A DNA stretch of 64,000 bases, taken from NCBI RefSeq assembly GCF_009914755.1, contig NC_060939.1; one strand, 5' to 3'. Each line of letters begins with the position of its first letter. The first letter of the stretch is position 1. The position numbers and the translations under genes are program-made. Below the pieces are notes generated by a model, which had not been told where the DNA came from, ran no database searches, and worked only from the letters and a program-made list of their open reading frames with translations. Shown piece after piece: positions 51,922 through 63,293 of this stretch. The stretch comes from the human T2T-CHM13v2.0 reference genome, Homo sapiens.

Positions 51922-52392
51922 ATGGCGGGCACCCCTCCCCCAGCCTCGCTGCCGCCTTGCAGTTCGATCTGGGACTGCTGTGCTAGCAATGAGCAAGACT
52001 CCTTGGGTGTAGGACCCTCTGAGCCATGTGAGGGATATAATCTCCTGGTGTGCTGTTTTTTAAGCCCGTTGGAAAAGCGCAGTATTAGGGTGGGAGTGAC
52101 CCGATTTTCCAGGTGCCATCTGTCACTCCTTTCTTTGACTAGGAAAGGGAATTCCCTGACCCCTTGCGCTTCCCAGGTGGGGCGATGCCTTGCCCTGCTT
52201 TGGCTCATGCATGGTGTGCTGCACCCACCATCCTGCGCCTACTGTCTGGCACTCCCCAGTGAGATGAACCCGGTACCTCAGTTGGAAATGCAGAAATCAC
52301 CCGTCTTCTGCGTCGCTCACGCTGGGAGCTGTAGACCGGAGCTGTTCGTATTCGGCCATCTTGGCTCTGGTCTTGATCTCTTGACCTTGTGA
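51922..52392 (+). CDS. L1 antisense ORF0, extended form (156 aa, open)
   Basis: GCAATGG Kozak context; MAGTPPPASLPPCS matches the ORF0 N-terminus; open to TGA at 52390-92; expression not shown. Confidence 0.6.
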   Translation: MAGTPPPASLPPCSSIWDCCASNEQDSLGVGPSEPCEGYNLLVCCFLSPLEKRSIRVGVTRFSRCHLSLLSLTRKGNSLTPCASQVGRCLALLWLMHGVLHPPSCAYCLALPSEMNPVPQLEMQKSPVFCVAHAGSCRPELFVFGHLGSGLDLLTL

Positions 52393-52417
52393 TCCGCCCG
52401 CCTCGGCCTCCCAAAGT
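52368..52417 (-). mobile_element. 50-bp AluSc-type left-arm fragment fused to the L1 5' end
   Basis: Minus strand reads ACTTTGGGAGGCCGAGGCGGGCGGATCACAAGGTCAAGAGATCAAGACCA|GAGCCAAGATGG; lies inside the L1 TSD. Confidence 0.9.
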
Positions 52418-52421
52418 ATTC

Positions 52422-53115
52422 AAAATTCACACTTTTAAAATATACATTACAATGGTTTTTAGTATATTCACAGAGTTGTGCAACCATCACCATTATCTAA
52501 TTTTACAACATTTTCCTCAACCCCAAAAAAGAATGCTGTACACATTAGAAGTCACTCCCCATACCTCCTTCCTCACAGCCACTGGAAAACATTTTCCATC
52601 TCCATGGATTTCCCTATTCTAGGCATTTTATATAAATGAGATCATACAATAGGTGGGCTTTTGTGACTGGTTTCTTTCAGTTTCTATAATGTTTTCAAGG
52701 TTCCATCATGTTGTAGCATATATCAATGCTTTGTTCCTTTTCATGGCTTAATAATATCCCATTGTACGGCTATACCACATTTTGTTAATTTATTCATCAG
52801 TGAATGGGTATTTGGGTTGTGTCCACTTTTTGACTGTTATGAATAATGTTGCAATGGACATTCATATAAAAGTGTTCGCATAAACATGTGTTTTCATTTG
52901 TCTTGGTTATATACCTAAGAGCAGAACTGATGGGTCAAATGGTAACTCAAAGTTTAACTTTTTTAGGAACTGTCAAAGTGTTTTCCAAAGCAGCTGTACC
53001 ATTTTGCCACCTCACTAGCAGTATATAAGGGTCCCAATTTCTCCATATCTTTGCCAACACTTGTTATTGGTTTTTTATTTCAACCATCCTTGTGGGTGTG
53101 AAGGAGCATCTCTTA
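52422..53115 (-). mobile_element. L1MB-type 3' portion (its terminus at 46180-46224 is split off by the L1PA)
   Basis: ttttagtatattcacagagttgtgcaaccatcacca...gtttaactttttaggaactgtcaaa. Confidence 0.8.
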
Positions 53116-55112
53116 TCTGTGTTTTCAAGGAAGATTTTTTTCCCCTTGTGTTATTTTATTGAATCACCCAGCAAAGATTGATTGGGCACTACTAATATCA
53201 GGAGTGCTGTGCTGAGTGTTGTACAGGATGTAGGTATGAAAAAGAGAGGTTCTTGCTCTCAGTCTCATTCTCCTCTCTAGGAATTTCCCAAAAGTAAACA
53301 AACTTGCCTTGAATTTGAAATCAAGGGCTCTGAACTCTGGTCTGAACTCTACTCCTGACCAAGTCTCTTCCCCTTGTGAGCCGCATGCCTGGGGTTTGAG
53401 GGGACTGGACTAGACCAACTCTAAGGCCATAGCTCAGACAGTCCATATTTCTTGCCTATATATTCTGCAACCAAGGTTGTTCTTTATTTAAAAATTCTGG
53501 TTTCCTGGAAATGTCAAAGAAACTGGGAAGGAAAGGGGAACTCTGCAGCCAACTCACTGCACTGATTAGGGCCAATGCCACATGCTCATCCTTACCGAGA
53601 GAGGATTTTGCTTTGCACGATGGTCATCAAAGGCTGTTCATAGGAATCTTCCCCAATGGGATCCACAGAACAAGAGCTCTTCTGCTTTGAAAATCCTCAC
53701 AGAAGACTTTTGGAGATCATTTGAAGTGACAGTAAAGGAGCACTTCTCAACTAAGAGAATCCTTCACCAGCCCTGCCATTTATAGCATGGAAATTAAAGA
53801 GGGAGAATAACTATCTACAGTATGGGATTACTATATTGAATTGCCGTGGAAGGCGCATATACAATTACTAGTCCTAGAAACCTGAAATAGCTTATAAAAA
53901 TTGTGTTTTCATGTTTATTATAAATTAGTGCTTAATGTCAAAATAAAAAAGTAGCATTCCAAAAATTCATAAGAAAAAAGCAAAGAAATGCTTAAAAAGA
54001 AATGAGTATATTCTGTATCTTTATAAATAATAGTTGGGCCATTGGTCTTGAAAGTAATAGAGGGAGGGTCATAAATGCATGGAGGCTGCAGAAGAAACTC
54101 AGAAAAGGAAGCAGAGAAAGCAAGAGTATATTAAAAGATTTGTGATTTTTTTTTACAAAGGTGAAAAGTATAAATACAGCTGCCGATGATGAAAGTTTAA
54201 GTTTCAAGATTTTCCATTTTTGATCCTCAAATTAATTTTAGATATAGTTTCTGCATATCATGAACGAATTTCCAAAGTCACAGAGAAACTTGGCACTCTG
54301 AAGAAATTGATCTACTAATGCTGGCAATGAAGTGTCATAGAAAGAACTAGCCTGGAAGTCAGGAACTTGGGCTTTGATTCTAGTTCCTCCCCTAAATGTG
54401 GGACCTGAGAAGTCATTTCACCCTCAGAGTCCTCACCCATAAAATGAAGAGATGAGAAGGATGGAGGTCATTCTCAGTCAGCCAGGACAGTGCTGGTTAA
54501 GACCTCCCTAAGCCCTGAGTATTTTTAGTTTTAGAGATTCCATCCTACATCGTATCAAATGTATTAAAAATCCATTTCATCTATTCCATGAGGATAATCA
54601 TGGAATATGATTTAGACATAACTGTATTAGTATTGTGTTGTATCTGACCGACATGTTCTATTTGGTTGATATTTTTAAAACATTGTTATTTTGCTGTTTT
54701 CTTTTCATATTTGGGAGCCAGGAACTCCCAAATATGGATTTTGGATTTTTTTCAGAATCCAAAAGTTTTGAAGGCCTTTGAAAATCACGGAAGTCTTAGG
54801 TACGCCTGGCCCTGAGTGCTAAGTGGTGGGGCACAGATGGTTTGCAGCCTCTTACCCCACCCACTCCAAACACCCCATAGAAGGCAGTGTCCAAGGGGAT
54901 TGGTACAGAGATGGAAGCTCTAGTTGCTCAAAGATAGCTTCGTGGAGCTGTGATTTAAGTCATGCCCAAAAAGATGAGTAGGATTAACAGAGACAGAGGG
55001 GAAGGCCTCTAAGCTGAAAACCAAGAGGCTCAATTGCTGACCGGGGTGACTGCCCTGTACAGCGACAACTGCCGTTCTTCACTTCTCCAAGAGACTGGGC
55101 TATCCCAACAGC

Positions 55113-55130
55113 TGCCACCAGGTGGCAACA
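55113..55130 (+). promoter_or_regulatory. CTCF motif
   Basis: CCACCAGGTGGCA (55115-55127) matches the CCASYAGRKGGCR core exactly; binding not shown. Confidence 0.65.
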
Positions 55131-56149
55131 AGCCAAGCGGCTGCTCTCCCCTCTGCCTATTGATTTAGGCAGAGGGCCTATTGCATTTTAATGTTATGCA
55201 AACAACTCTTACCAAATACCATAATCACATTAGTATTTTACTAATTGAAAATTCTTACAGTGGGGTGTACCAACTCCTTTAAAATTAAGCATGAGGTGTG
55301 TTGTTTACCACAATGGAGAGCTCCATGCTGTCTGGAGATTCAGTGATCCAAGTGGGGAAAAAATATGTCATTTAGTAACTGCCTAAGAAAACGTGTTCTG
55401 TTTATAATAGCTGGGATTCTGAGGCCTGTATTTAAATAGCATCTGCAAAGAGTTAAATGTGCTCCCTGTCTCTGAGAAGCAGGCAAGAACACAGAAGTCA
55501 AGAACCAAGTGAATTCTTACACCTGCTCAAACTCTGCTCCCAACAGTCAGATGGGGAAGAAGTGGTCAGGACCCAAAACAGATTTATGTCTGCCAGGCCT
55601 CTGTAGTAATAGTCTCACACACTATCTCATTTAGCCACTGAATCCACACATATCCCTCAGGGATAGATCCCATCAGGCCTATATTAATAGACAAGGAAAT
55701 AGGCCCAGAGAGGGGAAAGAAGTTGCTTAAGACCACAAGGCCAGCACTCCCAGCGAGGTCCTGTGACTCTGGTCCAGGGCACTCTCTGTCCTGAGAAAGC
55801 CATCCACCTCTCCCAAGCCACGGTCCCCTCCAATCCCATTACTCTCAAGCTGTTGTCACTTTTCCCCTACCAAGCTGCCCCTGTCCTTCTCCACCTTACT
55901 GCATCTTAGCCTAAACGTGATGAGAAGTGGACTGAGCTGCCTCTGCCTTGTCCCCTGGGGAAGGCCTCAGGTCCTATAGACCTCACTTCTCACCAATCCA
56001 GGAGAATCTTGAGCCCCAGGCCCAGAAGTGAGAGCAGAGAAAAAGCTTCTTCCCTCCCAGGAACTGATTCTGTTTTATCCCTAGAGCCTAGCCATGCACA
56101 TCCTCCTGATTTTACAGCTGCAAAAGGAGAAAAAGTGCCTGAGATTTCA

Positions 56150-56590
56150 ACCCACCCTCTATAACATGCTGTAACAAAGGCATCTCAAACTTAACTGATC
56201 TGAAATCTTGATTTTACCCTCCAAGGTATTTCTCTGGCATTCTGCCCCAGTGGGAAATGGTAATGCTATTCTTCCATTTTCTTCAGGGTGGAAGTTTTGG
56301 AGACACCTTTGGCTCCTTTTTCTCATACTGCACATCCAATCCATCAATAAGTCCTTTTAGTTCTACTTTTGAAAAATATCTATAATACAACCACTTCTCC
56401 CACCTTCCAGTTACCAGTGTGGTCCAGCCACCATCATCCCTCACCTCAATTACTGCAAGTCTTCCTAACTGGACTCCCTGTTTCCATCCTTGCCCCCTCA
56501 GGGCCTCTTGTCAATGCAATTAGAGTCACATTAGTTAGCTCACATCACTCCTCCACTCAACACTCTCCAGTGCATTCCCAGCCTCCACAG
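56150..56590 (+). mobile_element. L2 internal fragment
   Basis: ggcatctcaaacttaac...cacatccaatccatcaataagtcct...ttcctaactggactccctg. Confidence 0.7.
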
Positions 56591-57842
56591 CTGTAAAAAG
56601 GAAATAAGCCCTTGGCTCTGTACCTAGCCAAACCAGTAAAACAGAGGGAACCATGGCCTACCCATGGCTGTATTCTCTACCAACCAGAGGAGCTGGGCAG
56701 GTGACCGAGCACTTGGTCTTACTCTAGAAAAAATCAAGTGGTCCAATGCTGGATTTTCTGTCGAACTGGGGCTGTGAATGCTGTGAACATGGGCAGAGAG
56801 GTGACTCACACATCCCTTTGGCCAACCAGCTACTGAGCATGATGGGCCGTGTATCACAGTTCACCCTGAAGGCTGGATGCCATTTCTGGCGTGGGTGAAT
56901 TCTCAGTACTGCATGTCTCAGAGTTGGCTTATTTGGAGTGCCTGTCTTTTTAAAAATTTTCGGCAATATGATAAATATACACAATTCCCTGTTAGCCTCA
57001 TAGATACATCTGGAGGCAACAGAGGGAGGATTCACCCAGACTACTATCCCCAGTGAGTGATTAGTTAAGGAAAGTGTGGCCCGGAGAGGCAACTTCTTTT
57101 GGGTCACAGATATTTGTCTCAGACCCTGATACCAAAAGCTGGGGCCTTTAGTGGGTCATTTATCCTGTCTGAAATCTCTGGTTCTTCTTACAAAAAGAAA
57201 AAGAGGAAGAAGACGATAAGAAAACTTAGAGATGAGTCTGCAGAGCATCTTTGGATTCATAAAGCTCTGAAATCCTGATTCTTCAGTGAGTGTTATTTGA
57301 TCTATAAATTAGTCTCTGAGTCCCATACGTGCCCTGATGCCCATAGGAGAAGGGTGGCAAGAGGCAACACTAAACCCTTTGCTGAGAACTTTATTTGCAC
57401 AGAATGTAGGGCCTGAGCACATCTGCCCACATCTGCGTGCTCTGCCACCCATTCATCCCGCCTGTCACCAGAAAGAGGCAGAAGCAGCAGGGGTGAGCAG
57501 GCAGCCTCCATCTGCTGAGAACACCTCAGGCAAAAAGGGCTCAAGACCAGGCTTCTCTCCCACCCCTCCCCACACAGAAGCATGTTGCTACATTGTCATC
57601 TCAAAGCTTGCGGTCCAGATCCTTGGACCAGAACAATCTGGGCAAGCTGACCTTTGCCTGACTCCTGCCCTGTCTGCTGGCTCTCACCTGCCCAAGGCCT
57701 CCAGATGCAGCTGTGGTTCACACGGCATCCAGCACAGTAGCAGTCAGGGCAGTGGAGAGCAGGGGCCTCTGTAGCACTTCTGCCCTCTCCACCCCACTGG
57801 CCCTGCTCCTTTGCAGGCTACAATGCACTTCTTTACAACCAA

Positions 57843-58250
57843 TCCAATAGAAATAGAATTCAGCCAGGCATAGTAGCTCAGGTCTGCAATCCCAACACTT
57901 TTGGAGGCCAAGGCGAGAGTATCATTTGAACGCAGGAGTTTGAGACCAGCCTGGGCAACAAGATCTTGTCTCTACAAAAAAGGAAAGAAAAAAAAATTAG
58001 CAGGGTTTGGTGGTGCAAACCTATTAGTCCTAGCTACTCAGGAGGCTGAGGCAGGAGGATCGCTTGAGCCCAGGAAGTCAAGGCAGCAGTGGTTTTATTA
58101 TTATCTTATTATTAATACTTTCTTATTAATGAGATACTTTGCATTCTTTTTTACATCCTCAGTCCTCAAAATCTGGTGTGCATTTGTACCATTTCAAGTG
58201 CTCAATAGCCACATGAGGCTAGTGGCTACCATATTTGATAGTGCAGATCT
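57843..58250 (+). mobile_element. MER33-like hAT element interrupted by a tailless AluJ (57863-58092)
   Basis: tccaatagaaat start; atttcaagtgctcaatagccacatgaggctagtggctacc end. Confidence 0.75.
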
Positions 58251-59090
58251 AGAATATACATGGAAGTCTATATACAGTTGCAGTTATCGTGATTCTGCTA
58301 ATGTTAACACTGGCTGGTAACATTTTGTTATATTCTCATCTAGTCTTTTCTACATATATTAGTTTTGCAAAGCTGAAGTCATGTTGCTTGTGTAACTTTC
58401 TATCCTCCTTTTGCTGTTTTGTGCATCTTCCTAAATCATCAAAAGTTCCTCACAACCACTGTCTCTAATTATATCAGACTATCCCATCACTTGGATGTGT
58501 CATAGTCTTTTTAGCCACTGCCAAAACGTTGGACAGCAAGTGTTTCAGTAATATAGGTAATACTGAGATAATTATTTTTTGTATTCCTTGTGCTCTTAAG
58601 ACCTTAATATAAATCTCTCTAGCATTCTAACCATTTTTAACAAAGTGACCTTTAATCAGTCAAACAACTGGCAACAAGTGATTTCTGACTGACAGCTGAG
58701 ACACCTTATGTTCTCATTACTCACCTCTGACACCTGGTTCTGCAACCTAGGGCAACCACTTCACTTTTCACACCACAGTCGCTCCATTTATAAACTGACT
58801 GTATTAGGTGATTTTTAAGGGTCTTTCCAGCCCTAACCTTCAGTGATATTTTTCCCCCACCCTCACATCTAATCAATTAACCTGTCAAGCCAGTTATTAT
58901 AAGTCATCATAAGTCATGTCAAAGCCACCACATAAACATTTTAAATTCATCCAAGTCTCCCATGCCCACTCATAGTACTTTGTTCAGGCCCCCATCATTG
59001 CTCACCTAAAGTGGGACAAGAGTACCTAGTGCTGAGAGATTAGATTCTAAAGTTACCATCAGAGTCCCAAATCAAGAATAGGATTAAATG

Positions 59091-59216
59091 GGCTGGGCTC
59101 AGTGCTCATGCCTGTAATCCCAGCACTTTGGGAGGTCGAGGTGGGTGGATCACTTGAGGTCAGGAGTTGGAGACCAGTCTGGCCAACATGTTGAAACCCC
59201 GTCCCTACTAAAAATA
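59091..59216 (+). mobile_element. AluS left monomer only, with perfect TSD
   Basis: CAAGAATAGGATTAAATG at 59073-90 and 59217-34. Confidence 0.93.
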
Positions 59217-59971
59217 CAAGAATAGGATTAAATGAGAGGTGTGAGAACACATGGGCCTGGCACGGAGGAGGTGCTCAGTGAATATTTGCTGCATTTGAAT
59301 CTGAAACCAGCCTCAAGTGACCCACCTGGATCTCATTTCCTAAAAGTTACGGAAGAGGAGTTCACAGTGAAACACTGGAATTGCGAATGCACCCTGCTGC
59401 GTGCCCTGCCCCAGACACGAGGTGCTGCAGGAAGACAAAGACTTGGCAGCATCCCCTAAAGGGCTGACAGTCTAGAGGGGGAGATAGGAACCCCTGTGCA
59501 CAAAACAAGCATGCCTCAGGCGGTGTCTTCAATGGAAAGACCAGATGGAGAACAGAACAATTATCTGAGCAAATCAGGCAAGCCTGCTGTTGAGGAAAAG
59601 GCTGAAGAAAATTTGTCCTCCTGTCTCCTTTGAGAACCAAGGGGTTAGGGCAGCCAGAGGAAGCAAAAGCATTTCAGCTCTAGAAACAGAGTTCTGGTTT
59701 GTACTATATGATCTTAGGCAAACTATGAGGCTGCTTTTTTATCTCAGTGTCTTCATCCGTAAAATGGAGACAGAGTAATACCAACCTTGCACAAACCTAC
59801 CTGCCTACTGGATTGAGTTGTGAGGTTGAATAGAACAATTACGTATGGGGACAACAGTTATTAAATGGGTGACCTAATAGCTAACATAGACAACGGACAA
59901 TGTGCCTTCTAAGAATCTGCTCTGAAAGGAAATGTTTAGTCATCATAAAAAGCATCTGTAATGAACTTTAT

Positions 59972-60124
59972 TTGTTTAATTTTATTTATTTCCCTATTTT
60001 TATTAAATAGAGTTGGGGTCTCGTTATGTTGCCCAGGATCGTCTTGAACTCCTGGCCTCAAGTGGCTTCCTGCCTTGGCCTCCCAAAGTGCTGAAGTTAC
60101 AGGCATGAGCCACTGCGCCCGGCC
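59972..60124 (-). mobile_element. FLAM / AluJ left monomer
   Basis: Antisense monomer with T-rich tail. Confidence 0.9.
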
Positions 60125-60145
60125 TACCTTATAAAGTTCAGTAAA

Positions 60146-60445
60146 GGTTGGGCGCGGTGGCTCATGTCTGTAATTTCAGCACTTTGGGAGGCCGAGAGTG
60201 GATCACAAGGTCAGGAGTTCCAGACCAGCCTGGCCAAGACGGTGAAACCCCGTCTCTACTAAAAATACAAAAAAATTAGCTGGGCGTGGTGGCAGGCACC
60301 TATAATCCCAGCTACTCCGGAGGCTGAGGCAGAGAATTGCTTGAACCCGGGAGGCAGAGGTTGCAGTGAGCCAAGTTCGCACCACTGCACTCCAGCCTGG
60401 GCGACAGAGTGAGACTCCATCTCAAAAAAAAAAAAAAGAAAGAAA
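60146..60445 (+). mobile_element. AluS
   Basis: Full dimer with A tail. Confidence 0.95.
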
Positions 60446-60503
60446 TTATAAGGCAATTTCACGTGCATTTATTTTGTTTCTAAAACCCTGTCAGTATTAT
60501 CAT

Positions 60504-60567
60504 TTGCTCCTTTTACACTTAAGGATACTGAGATTTTGCTCCTTTTACACTTAAGGATACTGAGATT
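60504..60567. repeat. Perfect 32-bp tandem duplication
   Basis: TTGCTCCTTTTACACTTAAGGATACTGAGATT x2. Confidence 0.95.
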
Positions 60568-61454
60568 GAGAAAGCTTAACCAACCCATTGCAGTTCCCAC
60601 TGTGAGGTCCAGATTTAAGCTCTCTGACTCCGTGGTTCTCACTCTTTCCCCTACACTGTGCTGCCTCCTATTAAAATCCTTATTACCAAAGCATTAATAT
60701 TATTAACATAAATATTAATAATGTTTGTTATGTATGTTTCCCTTTGATCAAGGACACTAAAACCTCAAAATAGAAACTCTGAAAAAAAAAAGTCTGACCT
60801 GCTAGAATAGCAAGCTCACTTTCTCATATTAAGGGAAAGTAGCTGTCCCCATCTGATTTACATTTCATGCCATACAGCAGGAAATATTTAAGTTGACAAA
60901 TAGGATATTTACAACTGCAACAGATACTTGGCAGTTAGTTTTTAACAATTGTTGCAATGTGATTTATTTGCTATTATAAAAGGGCATTACTGTGCGAATA
61001 TGACTCCTGAAATTAGCTTTAGTTTAGCAAGGGGCCTTGACAGCTTGACCTCTTAATATCCTTATAATGACGCCATTTACATTCAATGCTTACTCAAGTC
61101 ACTCACTGCTAGATTTGTTTGACAGGAGTCCACTCTAGGGCAGATGTATTATGTATTTTAACACACAGAGTTGGTGAGCGGGGTAAATACAGGCCTTCTA
61201 GGAGGAAAAACTGTTTAATCAAGTCTTCATGAAAATGTGTTAGTTTCCAACTTCCTACAGTGAAAATGCATTATGCTAATTACAGCATACTCCAGAAATA
61301 CTTCATGTTTTCTCCACAAGACATTTTCATGGCATGTCTTATATTAAACACAAACATGTTCTGATCCTCTGCAACTTTAGTTTTTAATTTCACTGGAGAA
61401 CTGTTACATAGGATAAGGATTGGCTGGGCCAGAATCAGGGAATGGGAAGAAGGT

Positions 61455-61640
61455 AGACTTGGAGCCAGGTAGAATTGGATTCAGATCCCAACACCACCAC
61501 TTCCTAACTCAGTGGATTTGGGTACCTCCCTGAACCTCAGTTTCTTCATCTGTGACATGGGGTTGTTATTTTTTAGGCTGCCACAGAGATCTGAGATATT
61601 TATGATTCACCCAGCTTCATAAAAACTGCAGGTACTTGAT
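61455..61640 (+). mobile_element. MIR
   Basis: ggattcagatccca...ctgaacctcagtttcttcatctgt. Confidence 0.65.
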
Positions 61641-61835
61641 ACATGGGACCAGTTGTGTTTTTGTTGCTTGTTTAAAGCTCAAAGGTCACCTTCATGATGC
61701 AGCCCTGATTTCATTAGACAAACCCAGTCTGTCCTTTCTTTCTGCTTCAGTAGTACTTTGTTCCACCCCATTATTTTATCACATATAAAATTCTATTGTT
61801 TAATTGGATATGTATGTATCTGTCTTCACCTTCTT

Positions 61836-62124
61836 ATTTTTATTTTTTATTTTTTTGAGACAGAGTCTCACTCTGCCACCCAGGCTGGACTGTAGTGGTC
61901 TGATCTCGGCTCACTGAAACCTCTGCCTCCTGGGTTCAAGCGATTCTCGTGCCTCAGCCTCCCAAGTATCTGAGATTACAGGCGCACGCCACCTTGCCCA
62001 GCTAACTTTTGTATTTTTAGTAGAGATGACATTTCGCCATGTTGGCCAGGCTGGTCTCAGGTGATCCTCCCACCTCGGCCTCCCAAAGTGCTGGGATTAC
62101 AGGTATAAGCCACCGTGCCCAGCC
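61836..62124 (-). mobile_element. AluS
   Basis: TSD TGTCTTCACCTTCTT at 61821-35 and 62125-39; short internal deletion at ggtctc|aggtg. Confidence 0.95.
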
Positions 62125-63122
62125 TGTCTTCACCTTCTTGATGGCAGGGCCTATGCCTATTTACCTTTGACTCTCCAGTGACTAGGACGATGATATGCCT
62201 TGAACATTGAACTGAGGAGGATGCCAGGGGTGCTTCTGGATTCAGTGTGGGGATGGGGGATGACAAGGGCAATTAAGGTTGATCTGCCACAGGAGAGGGA
62301 AGAAGTAACACATGACCTACTTTTATCATTGCCAGTTTAGCACATAGTAGATGCTCAGTAAATATTTGTCAAACGAATTAGTGGACATTACTCAGTTACC
62401 TAGCAGTTGACATTAACTTATAACCAATGTCTATTTTTTAAAGCATTTTTATTTTTATTTTTATTGCATCATAATATTCTTCTAATAACACTGTGATACA
62501 GCTAGGATAAGGTGTTATCACCAATTGACAATTGAGAATACTGTGACATTGTAGGATTGGTAAAATAAGATTACCCTTCACTCTCATGAGAAAATGGGGG
62601 TAGACCTAAGACTTAGAGGCCAACCATTAGTTTCCCTTAAATATCATATTGAGGCTCCCAGAGGGGCTGTCACTGCTTTTTCCAAAATCAGGGCAAACTG
62701 CCCTTTCTCATATTCATCACTCTTTTCCCGTCTTTCTGCTCTACTGTAGTTCCCCACCCTCCAAAGCTTCAGTCTCATTTTCTCAGTAGAAAACCTGGCA
62801 CTGACCACCTGCACTGACCTGCAGGCCATAGGCAGAAAAATCAAAGTCAACATGAGCTTTGCAAGACTCGGCATCTCTGTCAGATTGTCTTGGCCAAGTA
62901 TTTCTGTAACTTCCCACAAGAACCTTGAATCTTCTGATTAGAATCAGACTCCATCTCTCAGTTGAACAATGTACAAACAGAAGGAAAAACATCTACTCCA
63001 TTAAGACACATGGTCACTGGTTTCACTTAGTCTGATGTAGTTTGGTCTGGTTAGGCAGAGGTGGGGCCTTCGCTGCTGTTTGCTGATTTCACCCTCACTT
63101 CTACGGCTCCTGTTTTAATCAG

Positions 63123-63293
63123 GTGTGGGCAACCGGCCTTAACCTCGCATATAGTGACCAGCTGGCCCTGACTCAACTCACCTTATACCTGACAAACGGC
63201 CATCTGGATTGCAGTTTGAGCACCCTGGAAGTGCCCCGCTTTGTTCCAAAGGAAAGGAAGAAAACCAAATGCATGAGTGCGCTGTCAATGCCG
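63123..63293 (+). CDS. IQCH: IQCH internal coding exon (171 nt, phase 0 to 0)
   Basis: Acceptor tgttttaatcAG (63121-22), donor GTAAGC at 63294; encodes [30 protein letters not shown]...KCMSALSMP; joins as EQQ|VWAT. Confidence 0.93.

Noticed and set aside
57337-57774. 145-aa + strand ORF as an additional IQCH exon
   Set aside because: The 19578>63123 junction already gives continuous IQCH sequence; GC-rich chance ORF without recognisable homology
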